A stretch of DNA of 64,000 nt from Lachnospiraceae bacterium. GTDB taxonomy: Bacteria > Bacillota > Clostridia > Lachnospirales > Lachnospiraceae. Numbering within the stretch: position 1 is the stretch's first letter; every line of letters starts with the position of its first letter. The stretch lies in contig JAZQDM010000063.1 in the NCBI GenBank assembly GCA_045546775.1, positions 25,864 through 89,863 on the forward strand, given 5' to 3'. Positions 47,532 through 57,796 of the stretch are shown here, piece by piece. Under the pieces are notes generated by a model. That model made no database searches and was not told where the DNA came from. It was given only the letters and a program-made list of their open reading frames with translations. Made by a program: the position numbers and the translations under genes.

Positions 47532-47611
47532 ATCGATACTCCTTTCTACCATCCTTGGTAAGTACATAAAAATACGACTGTGCAGGGACAATCATCCCTT
47601 TCTTAATAGAC

Positions 47612-47639
47612 TTATCGGCATGTTTAGTCCAAAGGATTA
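47612..47639 (-). promoter_or_regulatory. Sigma-28 (SigD)-like promoter
   Basis: Minus strand reads TAAT, N16, GCCGATAA. The -10 is near-perfect and the -35 is weak. About 80 nt upstream of the 47531 start. Confidence 0.35.
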
Positions 47640-47782
47640 GCGATATTTTGTCTTTTTTAAAAAATTTTTTTGTTTTATAGAGCTTGATTTTGGGGAAACC
47701 GGATGCACGATTATTGACGAAAGTCCGGGCTTTGTATATAATAAACTACAATATTGTATACAAGATTGATAGGGGGTACTCT

Positions 47783-48676
47783 ATGGAACAACTTACCTTG
47801 CAGGCTTTTGCAAAAGTAAATCTTTCTTTGGATGTTGTGCGACGCAGACCGGATGGTTACCATGACGTAAAAATGATTATGCAGACAATCGGTTTGCATG
47901 ATGAGCTTGTGATGAAAAAAGTGCAGTCGGGAATCCGCGTGACAGTGGATATGGGAGAAGGATTTTCGGAAGTGTTGGAAGGCGATGAAAACAATCTTGT
48001 TTACAAGGCTGCTAAAGCAGTGATGGATGCGCGACAAATGACAGAGGGCGTGCAGATTCATTTGAAAAAGAATATTCCGATGGCAGCAGGGATGGCAGGC
48101 GGCAGCACCGATGCAGCAGCCGTTTTTCGTGGTATGAATGAACTGTTTGGTCTTGGAATGACGATAGATGAGATGAAGGAAATGGCAGTAAAAATCGGCG
48201 CAGACGTACCGTATTGTATTGAGGGCGGTACGCAGCTTTCGGAAGGCATCGGCGAAATATTGACACCGATAGAGGGCATTCCGCATTTTTATTTGCTTGT
48301 TGCAAAGCCGGATATCAGTGTTTCCACAAAATATGTGTACGAAAATTTGCGTTTGCAAGAATTGGAGCGTCATCCGGATGTGGACGGTATGGCGCAGGCG
48401 ATTCAAAACGGAGATTTGAGTGGTATCGTATCCCGCATGGAAAATGTGTTGGAAAGTGTGACGGTAAAAAAATACCCGATTATAGGGGAGATTACTGATT
48501 TTATGAAACAAAACGGTGCCGAAAATGCAATGATGAGCGGAAGCGGACCGACGGTATTTGGTATTTATAAGGACGAAAAGATGGCGCAAAAAGCCGCAGA
48601 TATTTTGAAAAAAACAGATCTGGCAAAGCAGATTTTTGTGACGGAAATACAGGGAAAAATAGGGGAGGCAAAGTAA
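47783..48676 (+). CDS. ispE: 4-diphosphocytidyl-2-C-methyl-D-erythritol kinase
   Basis: FAKVNLSLDV N-terminus, GHMP motif PMAAGMAGGSTDAAA. Confidence 0.92.
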   Translation: MEQLTLQAFAKVNLSLDVVRRRPDGYHDVKMIMQTIGLHDELVMKKVQSGIRVTVDMGEGFSEVLEGDENNLVYKAAKAVMDARQMTEGVQIHLKKNIPMAAGMAGGSTDAAAVFRGMNELFGLGMTIDEMKEMAVKIGADVPYCIEGGTQLSEGIGEILTPIEGIPHFYLLVAKPDISVSTKYVYENLRLQELERHPDVDGMAQAIQNGDLSGIVSRMENVLESVTVKKYPIIGEITDFMKQNGAENAMMSGSGPTVFGIYKDEKMAQKAADILKKTDLAKQIFVTEIQGKIGEAK

Positions 48677-48679
48677 TAT

Positions 48680-49381
48680 ATGACAGATAACCTTCAGATG
48701 AAAAGTGATGAATTTTTACCACTTCGTGATGTCGTGTTTAACACACTCAGACAGGCGATTTTGACCGGAGAATTAAAACCGGGCGAGCGTTTGATGGAAA
48801 TTCATCTTGCAAATAAACTCGGCGTAAGCCGTACGCCGATCCGCGAGGCAATCCGCAAATTGGAACTGGAAGGTCTTGTGACGATGATTCCGCGCAGGGG
48901 AGCGGTTGTTGCGGAGATTACGGAGAAGAGTCTGAAAGATGTGTTGGAAGTGCGTAGAACGTTGGATGCGTTGTCGGTGGAACTTGCCAGCGACCGTATC
49001 AGCGAGGAGGAGTTAAACGAACTTCGCATGGCATGTCTGAAATTTGAGGAAGCAGTAAAGACAAAAGACGCACGGATTATTGCAAAGGCAGATGTGGCGT
49101 TGCACGATATTATTGTGAAAGCGACCGGAAACCAGCGTTTGATTCAGCTACTAAACAACCTTTCCGAGCAAATGTACCGGTATCGTTTTGAGTATATCAA
49201 AGACGAAAGCGGTCATGCGACACTGATAGAAGAACATAGAATTATATACGAAAGTATTTTGAAAAAAGATAAAGATACTGCAGCTGCGACAGCCAAACTG
49301 CATATCGACAACCAGGAAAAATCCATTATGAAGCAGATTCATTTGGAAAAGCAGGAAAAAGCAAAAAAGACAAAAAAATAA
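48680..49381 (+). CDS. GntR-family regulator with FCD (FadR-type) C-terminal domain
   Basis: LANKLGVSRTPIREAIRKLELEGLV helix-turn-helix plus a helical C-terminal domain. Confidence 0.85.
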   Translation: MTDNLQMKSDEFLPLRDVVFNTLRQAILTGELKPGERLMEIHLANKLGVSRTPIREAIRKLELEGLVTMIPRRGAVVAEITEKSLKDVLEVRRTLDALSVELASDRISEEELNELRMACLKFEEAVKTKDARIIAKADVALHDIIVKATGNQRLIQLLNNLSEQMYRYRFEYIKDESGHATLIEEHRIIYESILKKDKDTAAATAKLHIDNQEKSIMKQIHLEKQEKAKKTKK

Positions 49382-49454
49382 ATTGCCCTGCTGTTGAATA
49401 AAATTCCTTTTTTTTCCAATACTCCTTAAAAAGACACAGTGAAGGAGTAGGTAA

Positions 49455-49733
49455 ATGAAAAGAAATATTAGTTCAATTGGGTTGCTTATATTTGTAGGAT
49501 ATATGTGGTGGGGCTTTGTGTATCCGGAATTTTCTCTCATGGAAGGAACGTTTGAAATGGTAGACGTGACAGAGGAGGATGAGGTGGATGCAGAGGATGA
49601 TGCAGATGCAAAAGACGGTAAAGAAGAAAAAGTGAGTCCTGTCAAGTCGCAACAAGGTTGGTGCAGTCTTCTTGAGACAGAGCCGGAAAACATCGTGTTT
49701 AGAAGTAAAATAGTAAGGAAATGGATGCAATGA
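49455..49733 (+). CDS. Small membrane protein with acidic tail
   Basis: GAAGGAG RBS. One TM (IGLLIFVGYMWWGFVY). D/E-rich segment. Confidence 0.45.
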   Translation: MKRNISSIGLLIFVGYMWWGFVYPEFSLMEGTFEMVDVTEEDEVDAEDDADAKDGKEEKVSPVKSQQGWCSLLETEPENIVFRSKIVRKWMQ

Positions 49734-50566
49734 CAATGGAAAGACAAAATCTGAATGACGCGCCCATCGGTGTGTTTGATTCAGGCGTAGGTGGTCTTAC
49801 GGTAGTGCGGGAAATTATTCGACAGATTCCCAATGAAAAAATTGTATATTTTGGAGATACTGCGAGAGTGCCTTACGGCAGCAAATCCAAAGATATTGTA
49901 ACGAAATATTCCAAGCAGATTGTCCGTTTTTTGCAGACGCAGCAGGTGAAAGCAATTGTTGTTGCCTGCAATACGGCAAGTGCGTATGCGCTTGATGAAA
50001 TAGAAAAGGAAATCGATATTCCGATTATTGGGGTAGTAAAACCCGGCGCGAAAGTGGCGGCAGAAGCGACGCGCAACGGAAAAATCGGTGTGATTGGTAC
50101 GGAAGGAACGGTAAACAGCCGTATTTATTCCACTTACATAAAAGATATCCGAAGCGACGTGGATGTGGTCGGAAAAGCATGCCCGCTTTTTGTTCCCCTT
50201 GTGGAAGAAGGGCTGTTGATTGATCCGGTAACGGATGAAATAGCGATGCGTTATTTGAGCGAATTGATTGATATCGATATTGATACGCTTATTTTGGGGT
50301 GCACCCATTATCCGCTGATTCGTTCTACAGTAGGAAGAATCATGGGAGAAAATGTGACGCTTGTAAACCCGGCCTATGAAACGGCACGGGAATTAAAAGA
50401 GCTTTTGGCGGCAGAAGGTTTGCTAAACGAGAAAGAGGCAGGCCTGGGCGAGAATAAGTACCGTTTTTTTGTGAGCGATGGTGCGGAGAAGTTTAAAAGA
50501 TTTGCCAATTCTATTTTGAAGTATGGCATTCTTTCTGCCAAAACAATCAACATTGAAGAATATTAA
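49721..50566 (+). CDS. murI: Glutamate racemase
   Basis: IGVFDSGVGGLTV, VVACNTAS, LGCTHYP catalytic-Cys blocks. Confidence 0.93.
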   Translation: MDAMTMERQNLNDAPIGVFDSGVGGLTVVREIIRQIPNEKIVYFGDTARVPYGSKSKDIVTKYSKQIVRFLQTQQVKAIVVACNTASAYALDEIEKEIDIPIIGVVKPGAKVAAEATRNGKIGVIGTEGTVNSRIYSTYIKDIRSDVDVVGKACPLFVPLVEEGLLIDPVTDEIAMRYLSELIDIDIDTLILGCTHYPLIRSTVGRIMGENVTLVNPAYETARELKELLAAEGLLNEKEAGLGENKYRFFVSDGAEKFKRFANSILKYGILSAKTINIEEY

Positions 50567-50593
50567 TTGCACATTGCGGAGGTTTTAGGGGAA

Positions 50594-51037
50594 ATGACAA
50601 AGGATGTTTTGTTGGCGATTCGAGGACTCCAGTTTGAAGAGGGTCAGGATGAAAACAAAGTGGAGACAATCAATTTTGCCCAGTATTACAATAAAAACAA
50701 TAGTCATTATGTGATTTATGATGAAGTGACGGAAGGCTTTTCGGAAAACACAAAAAATATTATTAAATTCAAAGAACATTCCCTTGATTTGACAAAGAGA
50801 GGGCTCGTGAATGTACATATGGTGTTTGAAGAAAACAAAAAAAGTATGACAAATTACTCTACACCTTACGGGAATCTTTTGATTGGTATCGATGCCAAAA
50901 AGGTGACTTGTAAAGAAGAGGATGAGCAGATACACGTTGACGTGGAATATGCACTGGAAGTGAATTACGAACACCTTGCAGACTGCAGAATCCAGATGAA
51001 TATCCGCTCGGCGGAAAACGGAGTAGAACTTTCTTAA
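50594..51037 (+). CDS. DUF1934 (YwiB-like) beta-barrel protein
   Basis: About 147 aa. Pattern resembles YwiB (AQYYNKNNSHYVIYDE..., STPYGNLLIG). Confidence 0.55.
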   Translation: MTKDVLLAIRGLQFEEGQDENKVETINFAQYYNKNNSHYVIYDEVTEGFSENTKNIIKFKEHSLDLTKRGLVNVHMVFEENKKSMTNYSTPYGNLLIGIDAKKVTCKEEDEQIHVDVEYALEVNYEHLADCRIQMNIRSAENGVELS

Positions 51038-51053
51038 ACTCCTCTTACACAAA

Positions 51054-51082
51054 ATAAAAAAACTGCCCAAGGCAGTTTTTTT
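51054..51082. terminator. Bidirectional intrinsic terminator
   Basis: A-run, CTGCC-caa-GGCAG, T-run. Confidence 0.8.
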
Positions 51083-51557
51083 ATTTTAGCGGTTTTGCAC
51101 CGGCTTTTTCTTGAAGTTTTTCCAAGTTGCGTTTGAAAAATCCTTTTTTCTTTTCCGGAACCGGAGTGGATTTTCCGTGAAGTCCTTTGACACCGATAAT
51201 GTAAATGCCGCTTACAACAGCTTTTACTTCTTTTTTTACCGGAACGGAATCAAAAATTTTCTGGTCACATACCAAAGACATAATCTGCGGTCCGACTTTT
51301 GCCTTTACAATAGGGAGTTTGGAGTTACGCATAATCTTTGGTGTTTGGTCAAGAACCATCTGCGGAAGTCCGGCATCTTTTAACTTCATACGCTTTTTGT
51401 CAATAATAAGCATGGAAACAGTCTGTTTGTTTGCCTCCATCTGTTGTTCCTGCTCAGCCTGTCTTTTCTGGGCTTTTTTTCCGACAAAATATAAAACTAC
51501 AATACCGATAATTAAAATAGCTAATACAACTATTAATATAATTGCTCCTGTGCTCAA
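51081..51557 (-). CDS. N-terminally anchored hypothetical protein
   Basis: TTG start 9 nt after AGGAGG. TM GAIILIVVLAILIIGIVVLYFV. Confidence 0.55.
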   Translation of the reverse strand: MSTGAIILIVVLAILIIGIVVLYFVGKKAQKRQAEQEQQMEANKQTVSMLIIDKKRMKLKDAGLPQMVLDQTPKIMRNSKLPIVKAKVGPQIMSLVCDQKIFDSVPVKKEVKAVVSGIYIIGVKGLHGKSTPVPEKKKGFFKRNLEKLQEKAGAKPLK

Positions 51558-51702
51558 TTGAGACTTCCTCCTAACAAATTAATGTAAAATTTATTGTATC
51601 ATTCTTTTTTTTATTAAGCAAGTAGGATATAATAAATGAAATGTCAGCAATTTTGTGAGGATGCAAATTTTACTTAGTAAATCAAAGGAAGAAGGTTTTT
51701 TG

Positions 51703-53175
51703 ATGGAACAAATTTTTGATTTTCTGGGGGCGGTTTGGGAGGCGGTGTCACCGCATATTATGACGATTAACATGCTGTTGGCCATTACGATTGTATTTTT
51801 TCAGAGAAAAAATCCGCAAGCCGTGTGGACATGGCTGTTGCTTTTGTATTTCATACCGATTATAGGCTTTGTTTTTTATTTGTTAATCGGTGGCGATATG
51901 CATAAGCGGAAAATGTTTAAATTAAAAGGAATCGAGGATAAATTAAACGATATTATCCGCTTGCAGGAAGATAGTCTGCTGAACGAGGAACTGGAAGCGG
52001 AAGCACCGGAAATCACGGAATATTCAGACCTTGTACTGTACAATTTGGAAGCAGGCGGGGCGGTGCTTACCAATGATAATGAACTGGATATTTTTGTGGA
52101 CGGAAATGAGAAGTTTGAGGCACTTTTGGAAGATATCCGTAAGGCAGAGAAGTTTATTCATATCCAATATTATATTATTAAAAATGATATATTGTTTCAC
52201 CGCATAAAAGATGCACTTCTTGAAAAAGTAAAAGAAGGCGTTGAGGTGCGTATTTTGTTCGACAGTATGGGGTGTCGTTCGGTTGCTCCAAAATATTGGA
52301 AAGAATTGAAAGAACAGGGCATTCTGCTGGCAGAATTTTTCCCGGCTATTTTGCGCCATTTTCAATTGCGTGTCAATTACCGCAATCACCGAAAAATTGT
52401 TGTTATAGACAACAAGGTGGCGTATGTGGGCGGTTTTAATATTGGCAAAGAGTACATTGGTTTGGATAAAAAATTCGGCTATTGGCGGGATACCCATCTT
52501 CGTTTGGAAGGGACAAGTGTTGTGTCTTTAGGAATCCGCTTTTTGCTGGATTGGAATTATGCTGCAAAAGAAAATTTGTTTGCCGCGGGCAAATATTTGA
52601 ATGTGGAAGCGCGCAGCATTCAGCCCGGGTGCGATGTCCAGATTATTTCCAGCGGCCCGGACTCGCAGATGAAAGTAATCCGTGATAATTATGTGCGTCT
52701 TATCGGCAAGGCAAAAAAGAGTATTTATATTCAATCGCCGTATTTTATTCCGGATGATGCGATGCTTACTGCATTAAATATTGCCATCCGTTCCGGTGTG
52801 GATGTAAATATTATGATTCCGTGCAAGCCGGACCATCCGTTTGTGTATTGGGCCACGTATTCGTACATTGGCGATATGGTAATGGCCGGTGCAAAATGTT
52901 ACACCTACGAAAATGGTTTTCTGCACGCAAAAGGAATCGTTGTAGATGATAAAGTATTTTGTTACGGAACAGCCAATATGGATATTCGCAGTTTTGGCTT
53001 AAACTTTGAAGTCAATGCAGTCGTATACAACGAAGACAAAGCGCGTCTTATGCGGGAGTATTTTGAAAAAGATTTGAAAAATTGCCGTCAAGTGACGAAA
53101 GACAGGTATGCAAGCCGCTCACTCATTATCCGAATCAAAGAGCAAGTAAGCCGATTGTTGTCGCCTGTTTTGTAA
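51703..53175 (+). CDS. cls: Cardiolipin synthase
   Basis: Two HKD motifs (NHRKIVVIDNKVAYVGGFN and LHAKGIVVDDKVFCYGTAN) plus N-terminal TMs. Confidence 0.9.
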   Translation: MEQIFDFLGAVWEAVSPHIMTINMLLAITIVFFQRKNPQAVWTWLLLLYFIPIIGFVFYLLIGGDMHKRKMFKLKGIEDKLNDIIRLQEDSLLNEELEAEAPEITEYSDLVLYNLEAGGAVLTNDNELDIFVDGNEKFEALLEDIRKAEKFIHIQYYIIKNDILFHRIKDALLEKVKEGVEVRILFDSMGCRSVAPKYWKELKEQGILLAEFFPAILRHFQLRVNYRNHRKIVVIDNKVAYVGGFNIGKEYIGLDKKFGYWRDTHLRLEGTSVVSLGIRFLLDWNYAAKENLFAAGKYLNVEARSIQPGCDVQIISSGPDSQMKVIRDNYVRLIGKAKKSIYIQSPYFIPDDAMLTALNIAIRSGVDVNIMIPCKPDHPFVYWATYSYIGDMVMAGAKCYTYENGFLHAKGIVVDDKVFCYGTANMDIRSFGLNFEVNAVVYNEDKARLMREYFEKDLKNCRQVTKDRYASRSLIIRIKEQVSRLLSPVL

Positions 53176-53245
53176 TGACAGATTTTTCTTTTTGTGATAT
53201 AGTAATGAGTGGTTATGTTTGAAATGGTCGAATGGAGGTTAAATT

Positions 53246-54406
53246 ATGAAAAAAAGAGCATTATCCTTGCTGATTGCGACACTTTGCATGTGTGCTCTCA
53301 CTGCATGCGGTAAAGAGAAAGAAACGACAGAGACAACGCAGTCTGCGGAGACGGTGCAGTCAACAGAAAGTACCACAGAAACAGAAACAACAGATATGGT
53401 ACTGCTTTCGGATTATAATGCATCAGATATTGTGACTTTGAACGAATACAAGGGGATGGAAGTAACACTTACAGGACCCAAAATTACAGATGAAGATGTA
53501 GATGGTTATATCAACAGTATTTTGTCGGGTTATGGCGGCACAGAGGGGCTTGCTGTGACAGACAGAGCCATTGTGGAAGGCGATACGGTGAATATCAATT
53601 ATGTGGGTAAATTGGATGGTGTAGCTTTTGCAGGCGGTACGGATGATTCCGAAGCAGGTACGCATTTAACCATTGGCTCCAATACATTTATTCCGGGATT
53701 TGAGGAAGGCTTGATTGGTGTTACACCGGGAGAAACGGTAGACTTGACTTTGACCTTCCCGGACCCGTATCAGAACAATCCGGATTTGGCAGGAAAAGAA
53801 ACGGTTTTTACCGTTACGGTAAATGGAATCGCTCCTACGGTTGCTGATTTGACAGATGAAAATGTAAGTCTTTTGGATGAGACAGCAACTACGGTTGCCC
53901 AGTATAAGACGGATACAAAAACGATGCTTGAGGACGAAGCACGATTAGAATTTGAGACATATTACAATGCTTATTTGGAAGAAGCGGTTATTGTCAAAAT
54001 CATGGACGAGTGCGTTTATAAAGATATTCCGACAGAACTGGTGGAACGTTATAACAACAATATTATTATCAATTATACAAACGAAGCTGCACAGTATGGA
54101 TTGGATTTGGAAAGCTATGCCACATTGGTATACGGCATTACGGCCGATGAATTCAAGGCAGAGATGCGCGTTATGGCAGAACAGGCAGCGAAGCAGGCAA
54201 TTGCATTTCAGGCAATTGCAGACAAAGAAAACTTGCATCTTACCGAGGAACAATTTGCAGAAGAGTTGCAGTTGTATGTAGAGTCCTGTGGCTATACAAG
54301 CGCGGATGAGTTACCGGCCGGAGTGGCAGAAGAATACAGAGAATATTTGACTTTTAAAATTGTTTCGGACTATTTGATGGACAATGCAGTTGTCACGATA
54401 GAATAA
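53246..54406 (+). CDS. Lipoprotein with trigger-factor-type FKBP PPIase and C-terminal chaperone domain
   Basis: Lipobox ALTA-C. VEGDTVNINYVGKLDGVAFAGGT...FIPGFEEGLIGVTPGE matches the trigger factor PPIase block. No ribosome-binding N-domain. Confidence 0.75.
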   Translation: MKKRALSLLIATLCMCALTACGKEKETTETTQSAETVQSTESTTETETTDMVLLSDYNASDIVTLNEYKGMEVTLTGPKITDEDVDGYINSILSGYGGTEGLAVTDRAIVEGDTVNINYVGKLDGVAFAGGTDDSEAGTHLTIGSNTFIPGFEEGLIGVTPGETVDLTLTFPDPYQNNPDLAGKETVFTVTVNGIAPTVADLTDENVSLLDETATTVAQYKTDTKTMLEDEARLEFETYYNAYLEEAVIVKIMDECVYKDIPTELVERYNNNIIINYTNEAAQYGLDLESYATLVYGITADEFKAEMRVMAEQAAKQAIAFQAIADKENLHLTEEQFAEELQLYVESCGYTSADELPAGVAEEYREYLTFKIVSDYLMDNAVVTIE

Positions 54407-54471
54407 AAACATTTGTGATAAAATAAAGAATAAAATGTGACGGAAAGAAAGAGCACAGAAAGGGATTAAAA

Positions 54472-55863
54472 ATGGAATTAACAGATATCAGAGACTTATA
54501 TCGTGAGACAGAAAAATATATTGATAAAGAAGTAACGGTAGGCGGTTGGGTAAGAAATAACCGTGATTCAAAAACATTTGGTTTTATCGTTGTCAACGAC
54601 GGAACATTTTTTGAAACATTGCAGATTGTGTACAGTGACACATTAGATAATTTTGATATGGTGTCCAAGTTGAACGTAGGCAGCGCTATTGTTGTTCGCG
54701 GTAAAATCGTAGCTACACCGCAGGCAAAACAGCCGTTTGAAATGCAGGCAGAAGAAGTGATTTTGGAAGGTGCATCTTCTGCAGATTATCCGCTTCAGAA
54801 AAAACGTCACAGTTTTGAATATTTGAGAACAATTTCACATTTGCGTCCGAGAACAAATACATTCCAGGCAGTATTCCGTGTGCGTTCTCTTTGTGCGTAT
54901 GCAATCCATACGTTCTTTATGGAGAGAGGATTTGTGTATGTTCATACACCGCTTATTACAGGAAGTGACTGCGAAGGTGCCGGCGAAATGTTCCGTGAAA
55001 CGACTTTGGATATGAAAAATCCGCCGCTTACAGAGGATGGTGAAGTGGATTACAGCCAGGATTTCTTCGGCAAAGAGACAAACCTTACCGTAAGTGGCCA
55101 GTTGAACGTAGAGACATATGCATTTGCATTTAAAAATGTATACACATTCGGACCGACTTTCCGTGCAGAAAACTCAAATACGACAAGACATGCGGCAGAG
55201 TTTTGGATGATTGAGCCGGAAATTGCGTTTGCGGATTTGAAAGACGACATGATTTTGGCAGAGTCCATGTTAAAATATGTAATCCGTTACGTGCTTGAAA
55301 ATGCGCCGGAAGAAATGAATTTCTTCAATCAGTTTGTGGACAAAGGATTAATCGAAAGATTGAATCATGTACTCAATTCTGATTTCGGACATGTGACTTA
55401 CACAGAAGCAATCGAAATTTTGGAAAAACACAATGACGAATTCGAATACAAAGTATTCTGGGGCTGCGATTTGCAGACAGAGCACGAAAGATTCCTCACA
55501 GAACAGGAATTCAAACGTCCGGTATTCGTAACAGATTATCCGAAGGAAATCAAGGCATTTTATATGAAGCTGAATGAAGACGGCAAGACAGTTGCAGCTA
55601 TGGACTGTCTCGTTCCGGGAATCGGTGAGATTATCGGCGGTAGCCAGAGAGAAGATAATCTTGAAATTCTTGAACGGAGAATGGAAGAGATGGGTCTTAA
55701 CAAAGAAGATTATGATTTCTATTTGGATTTGAGAAGATATGGTTCCGTGCGTCATGCAGGATTCGGACTTGGATTTGAAAGATGCGTTATGTACCTGACA
55801 GGTATGTCAAACATCAGAGACGTTGTTCCGTTCCCGAGAACTGTAAAAAATTGCGATTTATAA
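54472..55863 (+). CDS. asnS: Asparagine--tRNA ligase
   Basis: 463 aa. OB-fold N-terminus [22 protein letters not shown] and class II motifs. Confidence 0.95.
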   Translation: MELTDIRDLYRETEKYIDKEVTVGGWVRNNRDSKTFGFIVVNDGTFFETLQIVYSDTLDNFDMVSKLNVGSAIVVRGKIVATPQAKQPFEMQAEEVILEGASSADYPLQKKRHSFEYLRTISHLRPRTNTFQAVFRVRSLCAYAIHTFFMERGFVYVHTPLITGSDCEGAGEMFRETTLDMKNPPLTEDGEVDYSQDFFGKETNLTVSGQLNVETYAFAFKNVYTFGPTFRAENSNTTRHAAEFWMIEPEIAFADLKDDMILAESMLKYVIRYVLENAPEEMNFFNQFVDKGLIERLNHVLNSDFGHVTYTEAIEILEKHNDEFEYKVFWGCDLQTEHERFLTEQEFKRPVFVTDYPKEIKAFYMKLNEDGKTVAAMDCLVPGIGEIIGGSQREDNLEILERRMEEMGLNKEDYDFYLDLRRYGSVRHAGFGLGFERCVMYLTGMSNIRDVVPFPRTVKNCDL

Positions 55864-55875
55864 TTAGGAGTTTTC

Positions 55876-57174
55876 ATGAAAAGAAAAATAAGCCGCCTTT
55901 TTCAGATTATGATAGCGGTTGTTTTGATGTGTGCGGTGGTGGTACCGGTAAGTGCCGCCACCATTTCTGAATTGGAAGACCAGCAAAAAGAGCATCAGGA
56001 CAAGCTGGATGAAGTGAATAGCCAGATTGTGGAGTTGGAAGATGAGCAGCAGATTTTGGAAGAAGAAATCAGTGATTTGGACTCAGAAATTGTAAATATG
56101 TTTACAAGTATTGAACTGTTGGAGGAACAAATCGAAGAGAAAAATGCTTCCATCGAAACGCTCACGGCAGAAATCGCGGTAGTGCAGGCGGATTATGAGC
56201 TCGCCAAGGCGGAGGAAGAGACGCAGTATGAAGCGATGAAAGTGCGTATCAAATATATGTATGAGCAGGGTGATACTGCCTATGTACAGATGCTTATGGA
56301 AGCTGGCAGTTTCAGTGATATGCTCAACAAAGCGGATTACATAGAACAGCTCCAAGCGTATGACCGGAAGAAGTTGGAAGAGTATCAGTTGATCCGGGAA
56401 GAAGCGGAGATGTTGAAAGTTCAGTTGGAAACTGAGAAAGCTGCTTTGGAAGCGGAGATTGCCGGACTGGAAACAGACAAGGCAGATTTGGAAGAGCAAA
56501 AGGAATATATGGACACGCTCTTGGCGGAAAAGAAAGAGCAATCGGATAATTATGAAGCGCAGATTGCGCAGGCCAAACAACAGGCAGCCATTTACAAGAC
56601 ACAAATTAAAGAAGAACAGGAAAAGATTGATAAATTAAAAGAAGAAGAAAAAAAGAAGGAAGAAGAGCAGGCGAAAGCCGAAGAGAACGGAAGTTCCGGC
56701 GACGAGAATAACGGTACATCCGGAGGCAATAGTTCGTCCGGGGGCAGTTCATCCGGTGGTAGCAGTTCATCTGCGGGAACAAATAGTGGAAGCACAGGTG
56801 GCTCAACATCAACTCCTTCCGGCGGCGGAAGTGTTTCCGGTACTCAGATTGCGAATTATGCATGTCAGTACATCGGAAATCCGTATGTGAGCGGTGGCAC
56901 AAGCCTGACAAACGGCGCAGATTGTTCCGGTTTTGTCTATCGTGTTTACAGCGACTTTGGCTATCAACTTCCACGTACGTCTTATGCACAGCGCAGTGCG
57001 GGCTATGAAGTGTCTTATGCCAATGCACAGCCGGGAGATATTATTTGTTATTCCGGTCATGTAGGAATTTATATCGGAAATGGCAAGATTGTACACGCAA
57101 GCACACCGGCAACCGGGATTAAAATAGGAAATGCGACATACCGCGAAATTCTTACGGTACGACGCATTTTGTAA
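55876..57174 (+). CDS. Secreted coiled-coil NlpC/P60 (C40) peptidoglycan hydrolase (CwlO/PcsB-like)
   Basis: Signal peptide, long E/K/Q coiled coil, S/G linker. C40 catalytic block GADCSGFVYRVY...GHVGIYIGNGKIVHAS. Confidence 0.85.
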   Translation: MKRKISRLFQIMIAVVLMCAVVVPVSAATISELEDQQKEHQDKLDEVNSQIVELEDEQQILEEEISDLDSEIVNMFTSIELLEEQIEEKNASIETLTAEIAVVQADYELAKAEEETQYEAMKVRIKYMYEQGDTAYVQMLMEAGSFSDMLNKADYIEQLQAYDRKKLEEYQLIREEAEMLKVQLETEKAALEAEIAGLETDKADLEEQKEYMDTLLAEKKEQSDNYEAQIAQAKQQAAIYKTQIKEEQEKIDKLKEEEKKKEEEQAKAEENGSSGDENNGTSGGNSSSGGSSSGGSSSSAGTNSGSTGGSTSTPSGGGSVSGTQIANYACQYIGNPYVSGGTSLTNGADCSGFVYRVYSDFGYQLPRTSYAQRSAGYEVSYANAQPGDIICYSGHVGIYIGNGKIVHASTPATGIKIGNATYREILTVRRIL

Positions 57175-57796
57175 ACTCACATATTTCTTTGATTTTATAA
57201 TATTCAAAATACCGGTTTTCCATCGGAATCCACCGGGTTTCAAATGCAATTAGGGCTTCTTTCCCGACGCGGGAAAGGAGTCTTTCTTTTTGGCAAGCGC
57301 TGTCGATGTCTAAAAAAAGAGAAGTATCGTACAAAGCGCGCAACTCCGGTCGCATGGAGTAGGAACCTTCTACAATAACGAGTGATTTTGGACGAATTGC
57401 AACTGTTTCGGAATAGTCCATTGTATGACAGTCAAAAATACGATATTGCAAAGTAGTTGGCGTGCCGTCAGTTTTTGCCTGCATAAGGGGCGTTGCTACT
57501 TCTGTGAGAAAGCGTTCGTAATGTACGTTACCGCCCGGTGTTTCCAATCGTGCTTTTGTCCGCAGACTGCGAGGAAGATAAAAATCATCCATATGTAGGA
57601 CGGTTGCATCATATTTTTGCGCCAGTGCTTGTGCAAGGGTGGATTTTCCGGAACCGCATTTTCCGTCAATGGCAACAACAGTTAGTTGCTGTTTGGAAAG
57701 CAGCTGCTCTAATTTTTGTAAAAAGCCATCCGGCAGACCAATAGAAGAGGTTACGCCGTCAAATAAACTATCCATGAGTTCGTCCTTTCGTTTCAC
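57152..57796 (-). CDS. Uridine-kinase-family P-loop kinase
   Basis: AIDGKCGSGKSTLAQALAQKY Walker A. 23-bp convergent overlap with the C40 gene end. Confidence 0.7.
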   Translation of the reverse strand: MKRKDELMDSLFDGVTSSIGLPDGFLQKLEQLLSKQQLTVVAIDGKCGSGKSTLAQALAQKYDATVLHMDDFYLPRSLRTKARLETPGGNVHYERFLTEVATPLMQAKTDGTPTTLQYRIFDCHTMDYSETVAIRPKSLVIVEGSYSMRPELRALYDTSLFLDIDSACQKERLLSRVGKEALIAFETRWIPMENRYFEYYKIKEICEFTKCVVP

